From contig CP068257.2 in NCBI GenBank assembly GCA_009914755.4, positions 32,128,001-32,192,000 of the forward strand: DNA of 64,000 nt, in the 5' to 3' direction. Positions 1 to 17,034 of the stretch are shown here, in pieces; position 1 is the stretch's first letter, and each line of letters starts with the position of its first letter. This DNA comes from the human T2T-CHM13v2.0 reference genome, Homo sapiens. The notes under the pieces were generated by a model. It made no database searches, was not told the DNA's origin, and saw only the letters and a program-made list of their open reading frames with translations. Position numbers and translations under genes: made by a program.

Positions 1-339
1 CAACCTTCAGGGGGAAAATCAGAGCCAGAGTAGCTACAATGTATTATCTGAATGTCCATTTTCACCTAAATTTGAGACATTAAAAAATAACAGGAAAGTA
101 TTGTCTCACCCTCAAGAAAAGAGGCAGTCAGTAGGAACTATCTCTGATCCAGCTGTTGGATTCATTTAGCAGACAAAGGCTTCAAAGCAGCAATTACGTT
201 CAAAGAACTGAAGAACTAAAGGAAAACGTGGAAATGAATCAACAGACAGACACTCTCCAAAAAACAATAGAAATTACAAAAAAGAGGAAAATTGAAATTC
301 TAGAAAAGTATGACAATTGATGTGAAAAGTTCAATAACT
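1..339 (+). mobile_element. Old L1 (LINE-1) fragment, ORF1-region, sense orientation; left part, interrupted by two Alu insertions
   Basis: Sequence style and reading frame typical of L1 ORF1; continues after the Alu pair at 950. Confidence 0.6.
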
Positions 340-648
<309 letters not shown>

Positions 649-651
649 CTA

Positions 652-1965
<1,314 letters not shown>

Positions 1966-1971
1966 GGATGC

Positions 1972-2252
1972 ATACAGTGGCTCAGCCCTGTAATCCCAGC
2001 ACCGTGAGAGGCTTGAGGCCAGGAGTTTGAGACCAGACTGAGTAACATAGCAAGACCCTGTCTCTACAAAAAAATAAAAACTTAGCTGCATTTGGTGGTG
2101 CGTGTCTATAGTCCCAGCTACTTGGAGGCTGAGGCAAAAGAATCCCCTGAGCCCAGGAGTTCAAGGTTACAGTGAGCTGTGATCACGTGACTGTACTTCA
2201 GCCTGGGTGAGAGTGAGACCTTATCTCTAATAATAAAAGAAAAAAAAGAAAA
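1972..2252 (+). mobile_element. Alu SINE, 5' slightly truncated
   Basis: CAGTGGCTCAGCCCTGTAATCCCAGCACCGTGAGAGGC … GCCTGGGTGAGAGTGAGACC + A-rich tail. Confidence 0.85.
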
Positions 2253-2338
2253 TTTTAATTACTATTATTATGTAATAATACTCTTTTCAGTTAGCTCTCT
2301 CAGGTTGAAAAGAAAATTTACTTTTAAAAAATAGTAAA

Positions 2339-2671
<333 letters not shown>

Positions 2672-2770
2672 TCAATAGGGGGCATTTAAACACTAAAATT
2701 TATTTACTCCACATGAAAGAAGGTATTAAAGTTGGGACAGAGAAATAAAAAAGAAGGTAAGCTTTTTTAC

Positions 2771-3069
2771 TTTTTTTTTTTTTTTTGAGACAAGGATCTC
2801 ACTGTATTGCCCAGGCTGGAGTACTGCGGTGTGATTGTGGCTCACTGTAGCCTCAACCTCTTCGGCATAAGTGATCCTCCCACCTCAGCCTTCCATGTAG
2901 CTAGGCCTACAGGCGGGTACCACCATGCCTGGCTAATTTTTAAAATTTTTTGTAGAGATGGGATTTTGCTATGTTGCCCTGTCTGGTTTTGGACTCCTGC
3001 CCTCAAGAGATCTTCCTGCCTTGGCCTTCCAAAGTAGTGAGTTTACAGGCATAAGCCACTGTGCCCAGC
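2771..3069 (-). mobile_element. Alu SINE, antisense
   Basis: T16 then GAGACAAGGATCTCACTGTATTGCCCAGGCTGGAGT … ends GCCACTGTGCCCAGC. Confidence 0.9.
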
Positions 3070-3113
3070 TGGAAACATTTATTTTTGTTTTATCATTTCT
3101 TCTTTATTGGTTA

Positions 3114-3550
<437 letters not shown>

Positions 3551-3923
3551 TTACTAGTTTTCAAAGTAGTAAATTGATTGCCTTAGTGTCCTCCTTTTTT
3601 GACCAGTTAGGATTTTATTTATTTTTAAATATCATTTTGAACTCATGGATTTAATTATATTTGAGCCTTTAAGTCCACTGCAGTTATTATTCTTTTTGAT
3701 TCTCATCTTGTTTGTTCTGTCTTCAGGTTGAGTCTTGAGTCCTTTTGATGTGATCCTTGACATAATTTTTGTTACTCTTTAAAATGATTAACTTGAAGCC
3801 CTATTTTAATTGGAATATATTACAGCTGGAAAGTGATTTTCTTTAAGCAGTACTGGGTTAATTATTATTCAGTGTTGAAATGTGATTGGATGTGAATGGT
3901 GTTGAGCTGTTTTTTCTTCATAG

Positions 3924-4103
3924 GTATGGGAGGTATCGCCAGCATGCCACCGCTTACAGCTGTTGCTCCAGTGCCAATGGGATCCATTCCAGTTGTTGGA
4001 ATGTCTCCAACCCTAGTATCTTCTGTTCCCACAGCAGCTGTGCCCCCCCTGGCTAACGGGGCTCCCCCTGTTATACAACCTCTGCCTGCATTTGCTCATC
4101 CTG
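3924..4103 (+). CDS. ITSN1: ITSN1 coding exon (tentatively exon 6), EH1-EH2 linker: (G)[59 protein letters not shown](A)
   Basis: Acceptor ctgttttttcttcatAG at 3922-3923, donor GTATGT at 4104. Translation matches the intersectin-1 Pro/Ala/Val-rich linker and joins the next exon in frame (g+ca = Ala). Confidence 0.85.
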
Positions 4104-5590
4104 GTATGTGACTTGCTGAAACCATAGGCTGAGTTTTTACTACTTGTATTTTGCTGTTCATTATTAAAATATTTTCTCTTCACGTTCTGATTATGTTTAA
4201 ATGATATTTTAGTCCAGAGGAAAATATCTTTATTTTTTTCACTTGATTTCACATTTTTTCCACTGTATTAAATGGGATATGTTAGTGTGGAGAGAGTCAA
4301 AGAGAATTATAGATTTCTGGGTACCACTGTGGACAAAGGTGAGCTCAGCAGTGAAAGCCACAAATGTAATTTTCTTTCAAGGGCTGAGAAGAGCAATTGA
4401 AGTTGAACTGTAGTTGAACATTTTCTATTTTTATGTATCAGTTACTACTTTTCTTTAGCCACTATGAATTGCTAATAAGCAAGCCAATCCCCTAGGAATA
4501 GAACTATGTTGGGGGTTGTGGGAAAGAATAAAAAAGAACAGTTTATACTATTTTATGGTATTACATGCCTGCTTAATTGAAGGAAAGGATTTAAAAGTTT
4601 CTGGTTTAATTAATTCCACTTTGAGACTTTATTAAGTCTTTTTTCCTTTAGTTAAAGTATAAAACTGTAGATGTAGATAGCCTTGGTCTAACATCTTAAT
4701 GAATTCATATCAATATGGAAAGTATTATTTTTAAAGTACTTTGACTACATCTAAGTAAATTCAGTATTGACGACATGGGTTTTAGCATCATACTTGAAAC
4801 ATTTCTGCGCCTTTGGCCCCCTGAATTTGTTGTATATTTATCAGGATATATATTTAAGTTATGGCCAAATAAGCTAAATGTATCTCCTTTTTTTAGATTT
4901 TTTCTTGTCACATGTAGTTCATCTTGCATATATGACCATGACTGTGGACATGATGGTAGCCCAGAAAGTGTGTGCAGTTGTTTTTCCAGGAGCATAAGCA
5001 AATCCACACACTCTGAGTCTTCTATTCTTTTGTGACTAATGGCACATGTTGCAAGTCGTTTGCCATCAGGCAAGAGTGAGGGAATGTGGCTAAGACGCAG
5101 TGTTTTTTTTCTGACACTCAACTAACCAACCCCAGTGATAATCAGACACAAAAGCTGACCTTCCCTAGTGTCACATGTTATCTGGCCAAGACTACAGTTT
5201 GTGACTTCTTGGCTCTTACATCTGGAACTAATACTTCAGCTCCTTCAGTGCAGTGAATAAAATACCATTTTATATATTTAAGCTGTTACCTCTTTAACTG
5301 TTGGAATAGGTCCTATAAAATGTGATACAAAATGTTTAATGAAGAGTAAAATTTTATGGAAATCAGCATTACTACATAGTAAGGTGATTTTCAGTAGAAC
5401 AAGTAAATCTAGAAACCTTTTTGGCAGGAGGACAGAGGGTAAGGAGGGAAAAGCTCTTTTCAGTCTAGGCTGGCAAGAAGGGGGAATTATTTCTGCCTCA
5501 GATTTGTTGACTGTGCATTTTAATTTTTGTAAATTGGGGAAAGTTTCTTATCTTTGTAGAATTAAAATTATTCAACATTTATTTTTACAG

Positions 5591-5687
5591 CAGCCACATT
5601 GCCAAAGAGTTCTTCCTTTAGTAGATCTGGTCCAGGGTCACAACTAAACACTAAATTACAAAAGGCACAGTCATTTGATGTGGCCAG
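5591..5687 (+). CDS. ITSN1: ITSN1 coding exon (tent. exon 7): (A)[31 protein letters not shown](S)
   Basis: Acceptor atttttacAG at 5589-5590, donor GTAAGT at 5688. In-frame junctions on both sides. Confidence 0.88.
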
Positions 5688-6383
5688 GTAAGTTTGCTTG
5701 TTTTTAAATGGGAAGTTTGGTTAAGGCCATTACCTGATTAAATCATAAATTTGACCATGAATCATCTATATTCTTTTTGTTGTTGTCATCTTTTTTGTAG
5801 GCTTTTGTAGAGTGCTAATAATAATTTTCTTAATTTCTGGATAGTGTCACTAGTTTTTATCATTAATTTGTTGCAGAGATGAGAGAAATCAAGGACATAA
5901 CATTTCCTTAAAGGCTTTGTGTATTTTTTTTTTTTTAAAGAGGATAACAAATGGATAGTAATAAAATGTTTAAAAACAGTAAGATAAAATTCTGGGTATA
6001 AGGGAAAAAAGCAAATGAACTATTTTATGTGTTTATGATTTACAAGTTTATGTATAAAATTTTTGTATGAAGATTGGAGTTATAGTTGGCCTTATTTTTA
6101 ATTCTATCTCAGATAATCTTGTGGAGTTTATATGGGTAATTAGTAAAATCCTATTAAAGACGATTTATTATGAAAAGAATTATCCAGATAGTGGACAATT
6201 CACATTAATCAAATGTGTGGCTCAATTTTATTAAAGCTGACATGACATTATTGCTTATGTTTTGGCCAACCTTGGTTTCAATTATTACCTTTCATATTTT
6301 TATTTTACTCCTATGTTTTACCCTTGCATACTGCTACATTAAGAAGAGAAATTAAGTCTCTTTTAAGCCATCTCAGAACTTTT

Positions 6384-6620
6384 GGGCCGGGTGTGGTGGC
6401 TCACACCTGTAATCCCAGCACTCTGAGAGGCTGAGGCAGGAGGATCGCTTGAGCTCATGAGTTTGAGACCAGCCTGGGCAACATAGGGAGACCTTGTCGA
6501 TACAAAAATTTAAAAATGAGATGGGAGGATGGCTGGAGCCAGGGAGATCGAGGCTGCAGTAAGCTGTGATTGTGCCACTGCACTCTTGCCTGGGTGAGCC
6601 TGCCTAAAAAAAAAAAAAAA
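6384..6620 (+). mobile_element. Alu SINE with an internal deletion
   Basis: GGGCCGGGTGTGGTGGCTCACACCTGTAATCCC … A15 tail. Confidence 0.85.
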
Positions 6621-7260
6621 GCTTTTGGAATTTATCCTGTCTTATGTCAATCCTCACTAGAAATTGTTAAGTGAATCAAGTCATTTTCCCACTTTCAAGA
6701 GAAAAGCATGTTGAATATAATTCAGTGATGCCTTCATTACCTTTTAAAAATGATTTAAAGAAAATCCATAAACTGAAAAGCACTGTGCCAAAAGCTTTAC
6801 ATTAACTCATTCTTCCCCATGAGATGATTCTGTTACTCTCTGTTATAGATGAGGGACAAGCTCAGAGACATTATGTTACTCGTGCAACAGAACGTAACTC
6901 ATAAGTGACAGAGCTGAGTCAAACTGAGATGTCTGATTTTAAGGCGTGTGTTCTTAACTATGCAAGTTTTCTCTAAAAAACTTAATTGTAGGATACAGGT
7001 ATTTATTTGTGTTCCATTTAATTGCGGTTTTACCCTTAAGATGCCTCAATATGTATTGGGCATCTACTTTGCCAGGCACATCATTAATCCTATTCAACCC
7101 CATAGCTACCTATGCAGTAGATGTCTCAAGATGGTGCATGAGGAAGCACACCCAGAGAAGCTCTAGTCCTCACCCATAGTTTACAGCTTAGTGCATGGTG
7201 GAGCTGAGAGTTAAACCTATATCATCTTACACTAAGTTCCTTTTTAAAAAAAATTCTCCT

Positions 7261-7652
<392 letters not shown>

Positions 7653-9077
7653 TTAGAATGAACTATCAGTATTAGTGAACATTAGTGCTATTGAAACAAC
7701 TGTTTTATGTTGTCACCTTTTTAATAACTTAAATTTCTAGCCAATTTTTGCAATGCAGTATTGAACTTTTGGGTACATCTTCATGAGTTTTTAGTCTATT
7801 TAAATTCTCAGGAATTTGGCAGAAAACTCTGATGTGATAAGTGTAATCTGGGACAACTTGTGTATGTAACACCCAACATTCCTGGCGTGTAGCAACTAGA
7901 TAGTTAGCTTCTTGACAAATAGGTGGGAGTTGGAATCAGCAAAATATTAGTTAGTTAACATGAGAGGGTTGGTGCAGAAGTACCCACAGCAGAATAGATC
8001 ATGGTAAGTGTTTTTTATTAAGAAATTCATAAAAATTGAAAAAGGTGAATTCATATAAGTACTTCTCGAGTGTTTGGGAGGTATTTCCTATACTTGAACT
8101 GTATATAATAGATATAAGTGCATAGATAACACATGGAAATGATGATTAAAAAGTTCAGTATTTCAGTAAGATTGTGCTTTTACATGTTTGAATAGATATT
8201 TTTGTTGAAGTGAAATTGCAGACAGAGCATTAGCTGTAATCTGTCCTGGAAGGGGAATGCCAGTTTTACTGTCTGAGCTCAGCCATTGGGTTTAATTCAG
8301 ATGTCGAAGCTTAACAAGCCATTGGTACCAGTGTGATATTTGTGTGGACAGTGGCATCTGAGGAACTAATCACTAAGGAAGTGTAGACGCAGCCTAACTA
8401 CTGGCAAGTGTGTCCTTGGTCCAGCTCAGGATTGTGGCACATTGGCAAGGAGAGATCAGTATTGGATTGTAGTCGAGAAAGTGAAGCTGTCTCCATTCCC
8501 ACTCTGCTTATGTGTGACCATGGAAATGTTCTGTTCTCTCTCTCTCTGGGAAACTGTCCAATGGGTCTGAATTTAAACTTACCAGAATGGAGTAATTTCA
8601 CTTCATTAAGAAATGGGTCCTGTATATTCACGTATAGAAAGTTAAAACATTTTGGAGAATTAGTACCTTTAAAGGCAGTTATTGGTTTGCTTTTAGCATT
8701 GCTTTTTAACCAAAAAAGAAGTGTTTTAGAAATTAGAATAGCCTGGACATTATTGTTTTACCTCAGTTACAAGAGGTTTTTCATACTTTTATAGAACCTT
8801 TAAATTATTATATATACAACTTGAAACAGCCTCTCAGTCTATTGTGTTTATCCATGATTCTGGAAAAATAATTATCTATTTGAGGGAAATGTTTATGATC
8901 TTAAAAATGGGAAATACCCATGGCAAAAAAAATCAGAAGTAGTGATAATAAAATGAATAAAATATGAAAGTTAGAGATGATTATCTAGAGAAGTTCTTAG
9001 TTTACTGTCATTAAGGAACTTTACCAGGCTGTTCCTTATGGATAATCCTCTTTCTCTCCTTTTTCTTTTCCCCACAG

Positions 9078-9178
9078 TGTCCCACCAGTGGCAGAGTGGG
9101 CTGTTCCTCAGTCATCAAGACTGAAATACAGGCAATTATTCAATAGTCATGACAAAACTATGAGTGGACACTTAACAG
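9078..9178 (+). CDS. ITSN1: ITSN1 coding exon (tent. exon 8), EH2 domain start: (S)[33 protein letters not shown](G)
   Basis: Acceptor ttttcttttccccacAG at 9076-9077, donor GTATTT at 9179. In frame with flanking exons. Confidence 0.88.
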
Positions 9179-9802
9179 GTATTTACAAATAAAAATTAGT
9201 GAAATATGATCTTTGTTTTCAATGTAAACTGTTTCTAGATATTGGGTCATAGATATTTTCCATGTCTGTGTGCTTATTTCTTGGCAGTGTTTCCTTTGTC
9301 TCTGTTATCTCATGTTCTTATCCACTGATAACTCTTTACATAGTTATATCATTCTCTCATGCCCCATTGCTTTGTGGTAAAATGGAATATAGACCAGGGA
9401 TACTCCTGTACGCTGAAAGCCACTGATATGCAAATCAAGGCACTAGCAAAGAAACACTTCTTTGAACAAAAACTAGCTTCAACTTCTGAAGTCCAGCTTT
9501 GAACTTGATGAACTTGAAGCTGTCTGTTCACTAGGTTAGAGTTGGAGGCAGCAGGCAGGGTAAAAGCAGGGAGTTGAGAACATGGCTCTGTCTCAGATAA
9601 CTGCCTAGATAGGGCTCACCACTTTGGATATTTCTTTATCTATTAATATAAAAGGCCAGAGTTAACTTAGGTGATCTCAATGGATTTTTTTAAAAGAAGA
9701 ATGATTCTGTTATCTACGTCAGAAGGATAGACAGGAATTTTAGCATACTGTTCAAAATTTTTCTCACGAAGGTTTAAATACTTGTTAGAAAGTTATAAAG
9801 AA

Positions 9803-10088
9803 GGCTGGGTGCAGTGGCTCACGCCTGTAATCCCAATCCCAGCCCTTTGGGAGGCTGAGGCGGGTGGATCACCTGAGGTCAGGAGTTCAAGACCAGCCTG
9901 GCCAACATGGTCTCTACTAAAAATACAAAAATTAGCCGGGTGTGGTGGTGGGCACCTGTAATCCCAGCTACTGAGGCAGGAGAATTGCTGGAACCTGGGA
10001 GGCGGTTGCAGTGAGTCAAGATCATGCCACTGCACTCCATCCTGGGCTGCAGAGTGAGACTCCGTCTCAAAAAAAAAAAAAAAAAAAA
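9803..10088 (+). mobile_element. Alu SINE
   Basis: GGCTGGGTGCAGTGGCTCACGCCTGTAATCCC … A20; TSD GAAAGTTATAAAGAA on both sides. Confidence 0.92.
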
Positions 10089-10554
10089 GAAAGTTATAAA
10101 GAAAAGCATAACTTTAATGAAAGAAAATAGAGACCTCTGATATGAATATTAAATGTTAAAGGGAAAAACTAACTGCCCTCTAACAAATATGAAAGGAAGG
10201 GAAAAAAATTAGGTTTCCTGTGTGGTGGAGTGGGGTAAGGGGAGGATTATAATCCAAAACACTTTTAAGAAATGATTCTTACTATTTTTTCCTTGCTATT
10301 ACTTAAAATTGCAATTTTTACTCCCAAAAGAAAAAAGGTATCTTATGTTTAAAAATGTCAGAGTTGGACGAGATTTTGAAGGGTTCTAATCTAATCTTGA
10401 ACTCTGGTCCCTTTAAGGATCTCAGCAGTCACCCCAAATAAGCATGTATTTATGTTTGAATGGGTGAATAGTAAATACACACAGATTCTCGATGTGTCAT
10501 ACTGCCTCATAAAGCAGTAGCTGTCAAAACCAGCCTACCTTATGCAGGCTCTGC

Positions 10555-10846
<292 letters not shown>

Positions 10847-11660
10847 CACTGAAGGTATATTTAATAGCATATTTTTAAGTACTGTTTTACATGGTTTGTT
10901 TGACACCAGTGCTCCATACAAACCCAGAACTACATTGCCAATGAATCCAAAAATATTTCTTGAAAACGTTGGTGTTTGCTGTGAGTTGATTAAAATAGTA
11001 TTCAATTGAGACATTGATTGAGAAATTCTCTCTTTCTTGGTGGGATGTGTGTTTTATGAATGAAATGCAGTATCTACATTCCAAATATAATGACCCAGGC
11101 ACTTGAGCATTTAGAACTTTTAAATATCTGAGGCAGAAAGTAAAATTTGAAATATACTGGAAAGAAAGCAGATTTTGATATTGTTTATCTGCATACTTAT
11201 TGCTACTTTGATCCAGCAAGAATTTAAGGTGGGAATTTTACTTTTGAGCCAGACCTTTGTATAGTCATGTCAAGTAGAATAATTTATTACAGTAAATTTT
11301 AAAATGGGAATAAACAATAGAAATTTAATTTTTTTTCCCTTTATGTACTTAGGAATCAATATGAAGTATGTTTTATACTAAATTAGAATGTTGATGGAAA
11401 CAGCTGATTTGTTGAGGTGGATGGAACATAAAGGTCATTGTCTTGATCACAATTATAAAAATAATTTTATGAAGTCAGAATCCCCAAAGCAGTTCACTCA
11501 GCTGCAGGAGAAGCAAAATATCAAGAAAGTTGAGAAAAGGTTTCAGTATATAACATGGCCCAAAAGAAATATATAATTTATATTTGTAATCTCTTGTTTT
11601 TCATCCTTCTTGCTTTTGTTTTTTGTGGGTTTTTGTTTTCAGGAGCTAAAAAGCACTTCT

Positions 11661-11946
11661 TTTCTTTCTTTTTTTGAAACAGAGACTTGCTTTGTTACCC
11701 AGGCTGGAGTGCTGTGGTGCGATAGTAGCTCACTGCAGCCTTGAACTCCTGGGCTCAAGCAATCCTCTCACCTTAGCCTCCTGAGTAGCAGGGACTACAG
11801 GCGTGCATGCACCACCACACCTGGCTAATTTTTTTAAAAAAGTTTTCTTTAGAGGTGGGATCTTTGTTGTCCAGGCTGGTTTTGAACTCCTGACCTCAAG
11901 CAGTCCTACCACCTTGTCCTCCCAAAGTACTGGGATTACAGGCACC
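11661..11946 (-). mobile_element. Alu SINE, antisense; directly abuts a second antisense Alu
   Basis: T-rich start, GAAACAGAGACTTGCTTTGTTACCCAGGCTGGAGTGC … GGATTACAGGCACC. Confidence 0.85.
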
Positions 11947-12195
11947 CAGGCTGAAGTACAGTGACATAATCATGGTTCACTGCTGCCTGGATTTCCCAGG
12001 CTCGGGGGATCCTCCCACCTCAGCCCCCAAGTAGCTGCGACTACAGGCATGTGCCACCATGCCCAGCTAATTTTTTGTAGAAACTGGGTTTTGCCATGTT
12101 CCCCAGGCTGGTCTCGAACTCCTGAGCTTAAGCGATCTGCTTACCTCTGCCTCCCAAAGTGGTGGGATTATAGGCGTGAGCCACCGCGTCTGGCC
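11947..12195 (-). mobile_element. Alu SINE, antisense, lacking the poly-T end
   Basis: CAGGCTGAAGTACAGTGACATAATCATGGTTCACTGCTGCC … GCGTGAGCCACCGCGTCTGGCC. Confidence 0.85.
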
Positions 12196-13324
12196 TTAAT
12201 AGTGGCACTGTTTACCCCACTGACTATCTGGGTTGATTTAGCCGATACATCCTGTTGGACACCCTGTTCTTCCTTCATGGCTTGATGTGTAACTGTTGCA
12301 TGCCCTTAAAAGAGACTGCCTTATAAAATAGAGAGGGATCATTCTTTAATTAAGGTTATGTAAGAAGCTCTAGAACTCTGGTATTCCTGTTAATAATGCT
12401 AGCCCTTCTTCTCAAAGAGGTATTTTATTGTTGCATTCTGAAACAATGAATATGCTATTTGGTAATTCATCTATTAATCAGAAAAGCTAAAGTCTTAGTC
12501 ATTGTTTTAAATAAAGCTCATTTCATGTAGTTACTCTCTCCTTTCTAGCCATACTTCCCTGCCCAAACATGGATGCCAGAAGTGGGGTTTGTGTGCTTGG
12601 GATTTCTGGTTTTATTCCTATGTTCCCTTATAAGCCAGTACTCCAAAACCGATATCCCTTTATGTACCTAGGTTTCCACAGAAGAGTTCTGTGCACTCAA
12701 AGCTCAACTGTGTGTTGTCCAAATGTGCTAAGATGCTATCTTAGCTGTTGCTGATCTATTTTTAATATTTTGCAACATTGATTTAGGACATATGTAGACA
12801 AATAGTAGAATTACAAGAGATAATTGTGATCTTCTAGTGTGGGGATTGGCAAACATTTTCTGTAAAGAATAGCACAATAAATATTTTAGGCTCATAGGTC
12901 ATATGTTCTCTGCTGCAACTACTCAACTTTGCCATCGTAGCATGACAACAACCATATATCATGCTTATATCAGTGGATATGGCTGTTTTAATAAAACTTT
13001 GCTTACCAAAACAGGCAGTGGGCCAGATCTGGCCTAAGGGCTATAATTTACCAATCCCTGTTGTAGATTATTTTCCTCATTTCACAGATGGAAGAACTTC
13101 ATTTTAGAAAGTTAAAGTAGTTTTGTTAATGTCACATGCCATTAGGGAGTCAGGACTAGAATCCAAGTCCCCTGATATCCAGGTTTAGAGCTAGTTCTTC
13201 ACATTTATTGTTAGGCTTTTTATGTGTAATAGATAAAATATTAACTTCCTTTTTTATAGTTCTGGAGTAAGGGCAATTGTTACAAGTGTAAATTAAATCA
13301 CCCACTAAAGTTTTGTTAATTCTA

Positions 13325-13915
<591 letters not shown>

Positions 13916-14852
13916 CAGTAGAATGGACAATGAATTAGGATGTAATGACACAATGATACACTCCATAGCAGTGAGGATTAATGTTCTACAACTCTACACG
14001 ACAATATATTGAGCAAAATAAGCCAGGTGGAACAGCGGACAGGCTATTTGGTTAGAAGTTAGGCTACCTTGGTGGTAGCTGAGTCTAAAAGAGAGGCAAA
14101 TAGGGGCATCTGGGGTGCGATTATACTCTCTTTCATGACCTCCATAGTGTTTGAGTATTTTCACTTTGGAAAATTAATTCAGCTGTGTACATGTGCACAT
14201 GTATATATCCACATGTATCCGTATGTGTGCTTTTCTGTCAGGATTTTATATGTAAATAAAAGTTGAACTATTGTCAGTAATGTTACCTGCCATTAGAGCA
14301 CCTCTCATGTGCTAATGTGATGCTAAGCTCATTGCCCCAATGGATCATAGACTGGTTTATCTGAAATGAGCAAACTAGGATCCAGACTACCTGGCCCAGT
14401 CACTCAGCAAAGTCTAGACTAAGCCAGGACTAGAGCCTACAGCTCCTTGGTTCCCTGACCTCTACTGCTGGCCATGCAAAAACACATCCAGTTTTGTGGT
14501 TTTTGATGAGGTGACGTTTGAATAAAGAAATAGCAAAAAGCAAAAACATATACACCAGAATCTTCCCAACAAAATTGCCACAGCCTTCCATTCCTCTGTC
14601 CAGCAGTCTTCCTGGGACCACATCTTGAGAGGCAGTGCTGGAAAGGAAGACGTATTTATTTCTCCCTCTCTGACTGTAGTTTATTTAAACTGAGTCTCCT
14701 ACTGTGCGTTTGTCTGATGTCTAAGGCCACTTTCATACCAGAAGTGAAGATGTTTATGATTATTTTAAGAAATGAGAGCTTATTTTGAGAGAAGAGTAGA
14801 AATTCCAGGAATTCTTCTTTTTTTTTTTTTTCTTGGCTAACATAGGAAATGT

Positions 14853-15146
14853 GTTTTGTTTTGTTTTTTTAATTGAGACAGTGTCTCACTCTGTTGCCCA
14901 GGATGGAGTGCAGTGGCATAATCTTGGCTCACTGCAGCCTCCGCCTCTGGGGCTCAAGCGATCCTCCTACTTCAGCATCCCGAGTAACTGTGACCACAGG
15001 CTCATGCCACCATTCCCAGCTAATTTTTTGCACTTTTGGTGGAGATGGGGTTTTGCCATCTGGTCTTGAACTCCTGAGCTCGAGCCATCTGCCTGCCTCA
15101 GCCTCCCAGAATGCTGGGATTACAGGCACGAGTGACCACACCAGGC
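14853..15146 (-). mobile_element. Alu SINE, antisense
   Basis: T-rich start GAGACAGTGTCTCACTCTGTTGCCCAGGATGGAGTGCAGTGG … ends CACACCAGGC. Confidence 0.88.
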
Positions 15147-15703
15147 TGGAAATGTGTTTTAATCCTGGCTATTAGCGCTTCCTGCAACTTTTTTTTTTTT
15201 TCTTTTTAAGTCTGTTTAGTGAAACAGTTTCCCGGAGATCTCTCCGAGGTCCCTTCCTCCTCTAAGATTCTCCGAATCTTCCCTGAATTTGCCTGAGGTT
15301 GAGCAGGGTGGAGACAGCAGGTGGTAGCAGCGGCAAAAGATGTTAAACTTAAAGAGAATAACTTTCAAGTTTGTAAATAAAGCCCAATACAAATAAAGAT
15401 GGTAATGTGGACAAAAGGTCAGGTTATATTTTGAAACTCTAAATCTTTCACATGGTCATTCTTTATCAAACATCCATTTAACAAAAATTTATTATGTGTC
15501 AGATGCTGTGCTCTGTGTTTCTCCTCTTTTTCATTGGGGCTTAATTTCCTTTTTACAAAGCCCCTGCGGTAGTAGCAAATGTTATTTAAAGCATTGTGAT
15601 TGCATGAGGTCATGGAGTAGTCCACATACGCAGAACCCTGGTCCTCCTGTACAGTGAGTATTTGCTGACTCATCTGTATGTCCTTTTCCTGGTTCCTGTT
15701 TAG

Positions 15704-15767
15704 GTCCCCAAGCAAGAACTATTCTTATGCAGTCAAGTTTACCACAGGCTCAGCTGGCTTCAATATG
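15704..15767 (+). CDS. ITSN1: ITSN1 coding exon (tent. exon 9), EH2: (G)[20 protein letters not shown](W)
   Basis: Acceptor ttcctgtttAG at 15702-15703, donor GTAAGG at 15768. 64 nt, split codons G and W complete in frame with neighbours. Confidence 0.85.
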
Positions 15768-15998
15768 GTAAGGAATGAAAAGTTCTTTGGTTTGGATAAA
15801 GTGGAAACTTGGTTAGATTGGTGTGGCCTCATGGGTTTTAGATTAATACCGTTTTTTATGGGGGAATATGTAGAATTTGCTTAATTTCAGTGAGTTGTAA
15901 TGATTGCCTCTTTTATAATACTATTTCCCCTCTCAATTTTGAAAAATACAAAAGCAGATTAATACAATAAATTCTGAAGGAGTGATAATACAACTTAA

Positions 15999-16349
<351 letters not shown>

Positions 16350-16461
16350 TGATTATTTTAAGCCAAATCTTAGTTATTATATAATTTCTACTGCAAATAT
16401 TTTAGCTTTTATCTTCAAAAGAGAGGGATTTTCCTTTTTTTCATTCATTATTATTATTATT

Positions 16462-16743
16462 ACTTTTGAGATGGAGTCTCACTCTTTCATCCAGATGGCA
16501 GTGGTGCCATCTTGGCTCACTGCAACCTCCACTTCCCAGGTTCAGCCTATTCTCCTGCCTCAGCCTCCTTAGTAGCTGGGACTGCAGGCATGAACCCCCA
16601 CGCTTGGCTAATTTTTGTTTTTTTAGTAGAGACAGGGTGTTGCCATGTTGGCCAGGCTGGTCTCGAGCTCCTGACCTCAGGTGACCTGCCCACCTCAGCC
16701 TCCCAAAATGCTGAGATTCCGGGGGTGAGCACTGCGCCTGACC
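16462..16743 (-). mobile_element. Alu SINE, antisense, preceded by (ATT)5
   Basis: TTTTGAGATGGAGTCTCACTCTTTCATCCAGATGGCAGTGG … GTGAGCACTGCGCCTGACC. Confidence 0.88.
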
Positions 16744-17010
16744 GACTTTCTTCTTAGCACAGTCATAACAGCAATAGCTCACCTAAGTTTTTCAGTAGTC
16801 ATCCTTATCATTAAATTAATCAGGGAATGTTCACATTCCTTAGAGTGCCTCAGAATGTTTTTATAGTTCATTTGTTCAGCTCAGGACTGAAATAAGCCTG
16901 TATTTTGCAATACTTGAGTTTTCCATCTTTTATGTCTCCTTTAATCTATAAATTTCCCCTTGTCTTGTTCTCTGCTTCTTTTCCCAAGTCCCCCAGGCCG
17001 CCCCCCAACC

Positions 17011-17034
17011 AAAAAAAAAAAAAAAAAAAAAAAA
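17011..17034. repeat. A24 homopolymer with no recognisable SINE body upstream
   Basis: CCCCCCAACC then A24 then CTCCG, read directly. Confidence 0.9.

Noticed and set aside
4705-5121. 138-aa ORF on the minus strand (MSVRKKTLRLSHIPSLLPDGKRLATCAISHKRIEDSECVDLLMLLEKQ…)
   Set aside because: I recognise no protein family in it; it contains short G/R-rich stretches; it is antisense within an ITSN1 intron; and it has no splice or promoter context. Its length is within the expectation for chance ORFs in 64 kb of AT-rich DNA.
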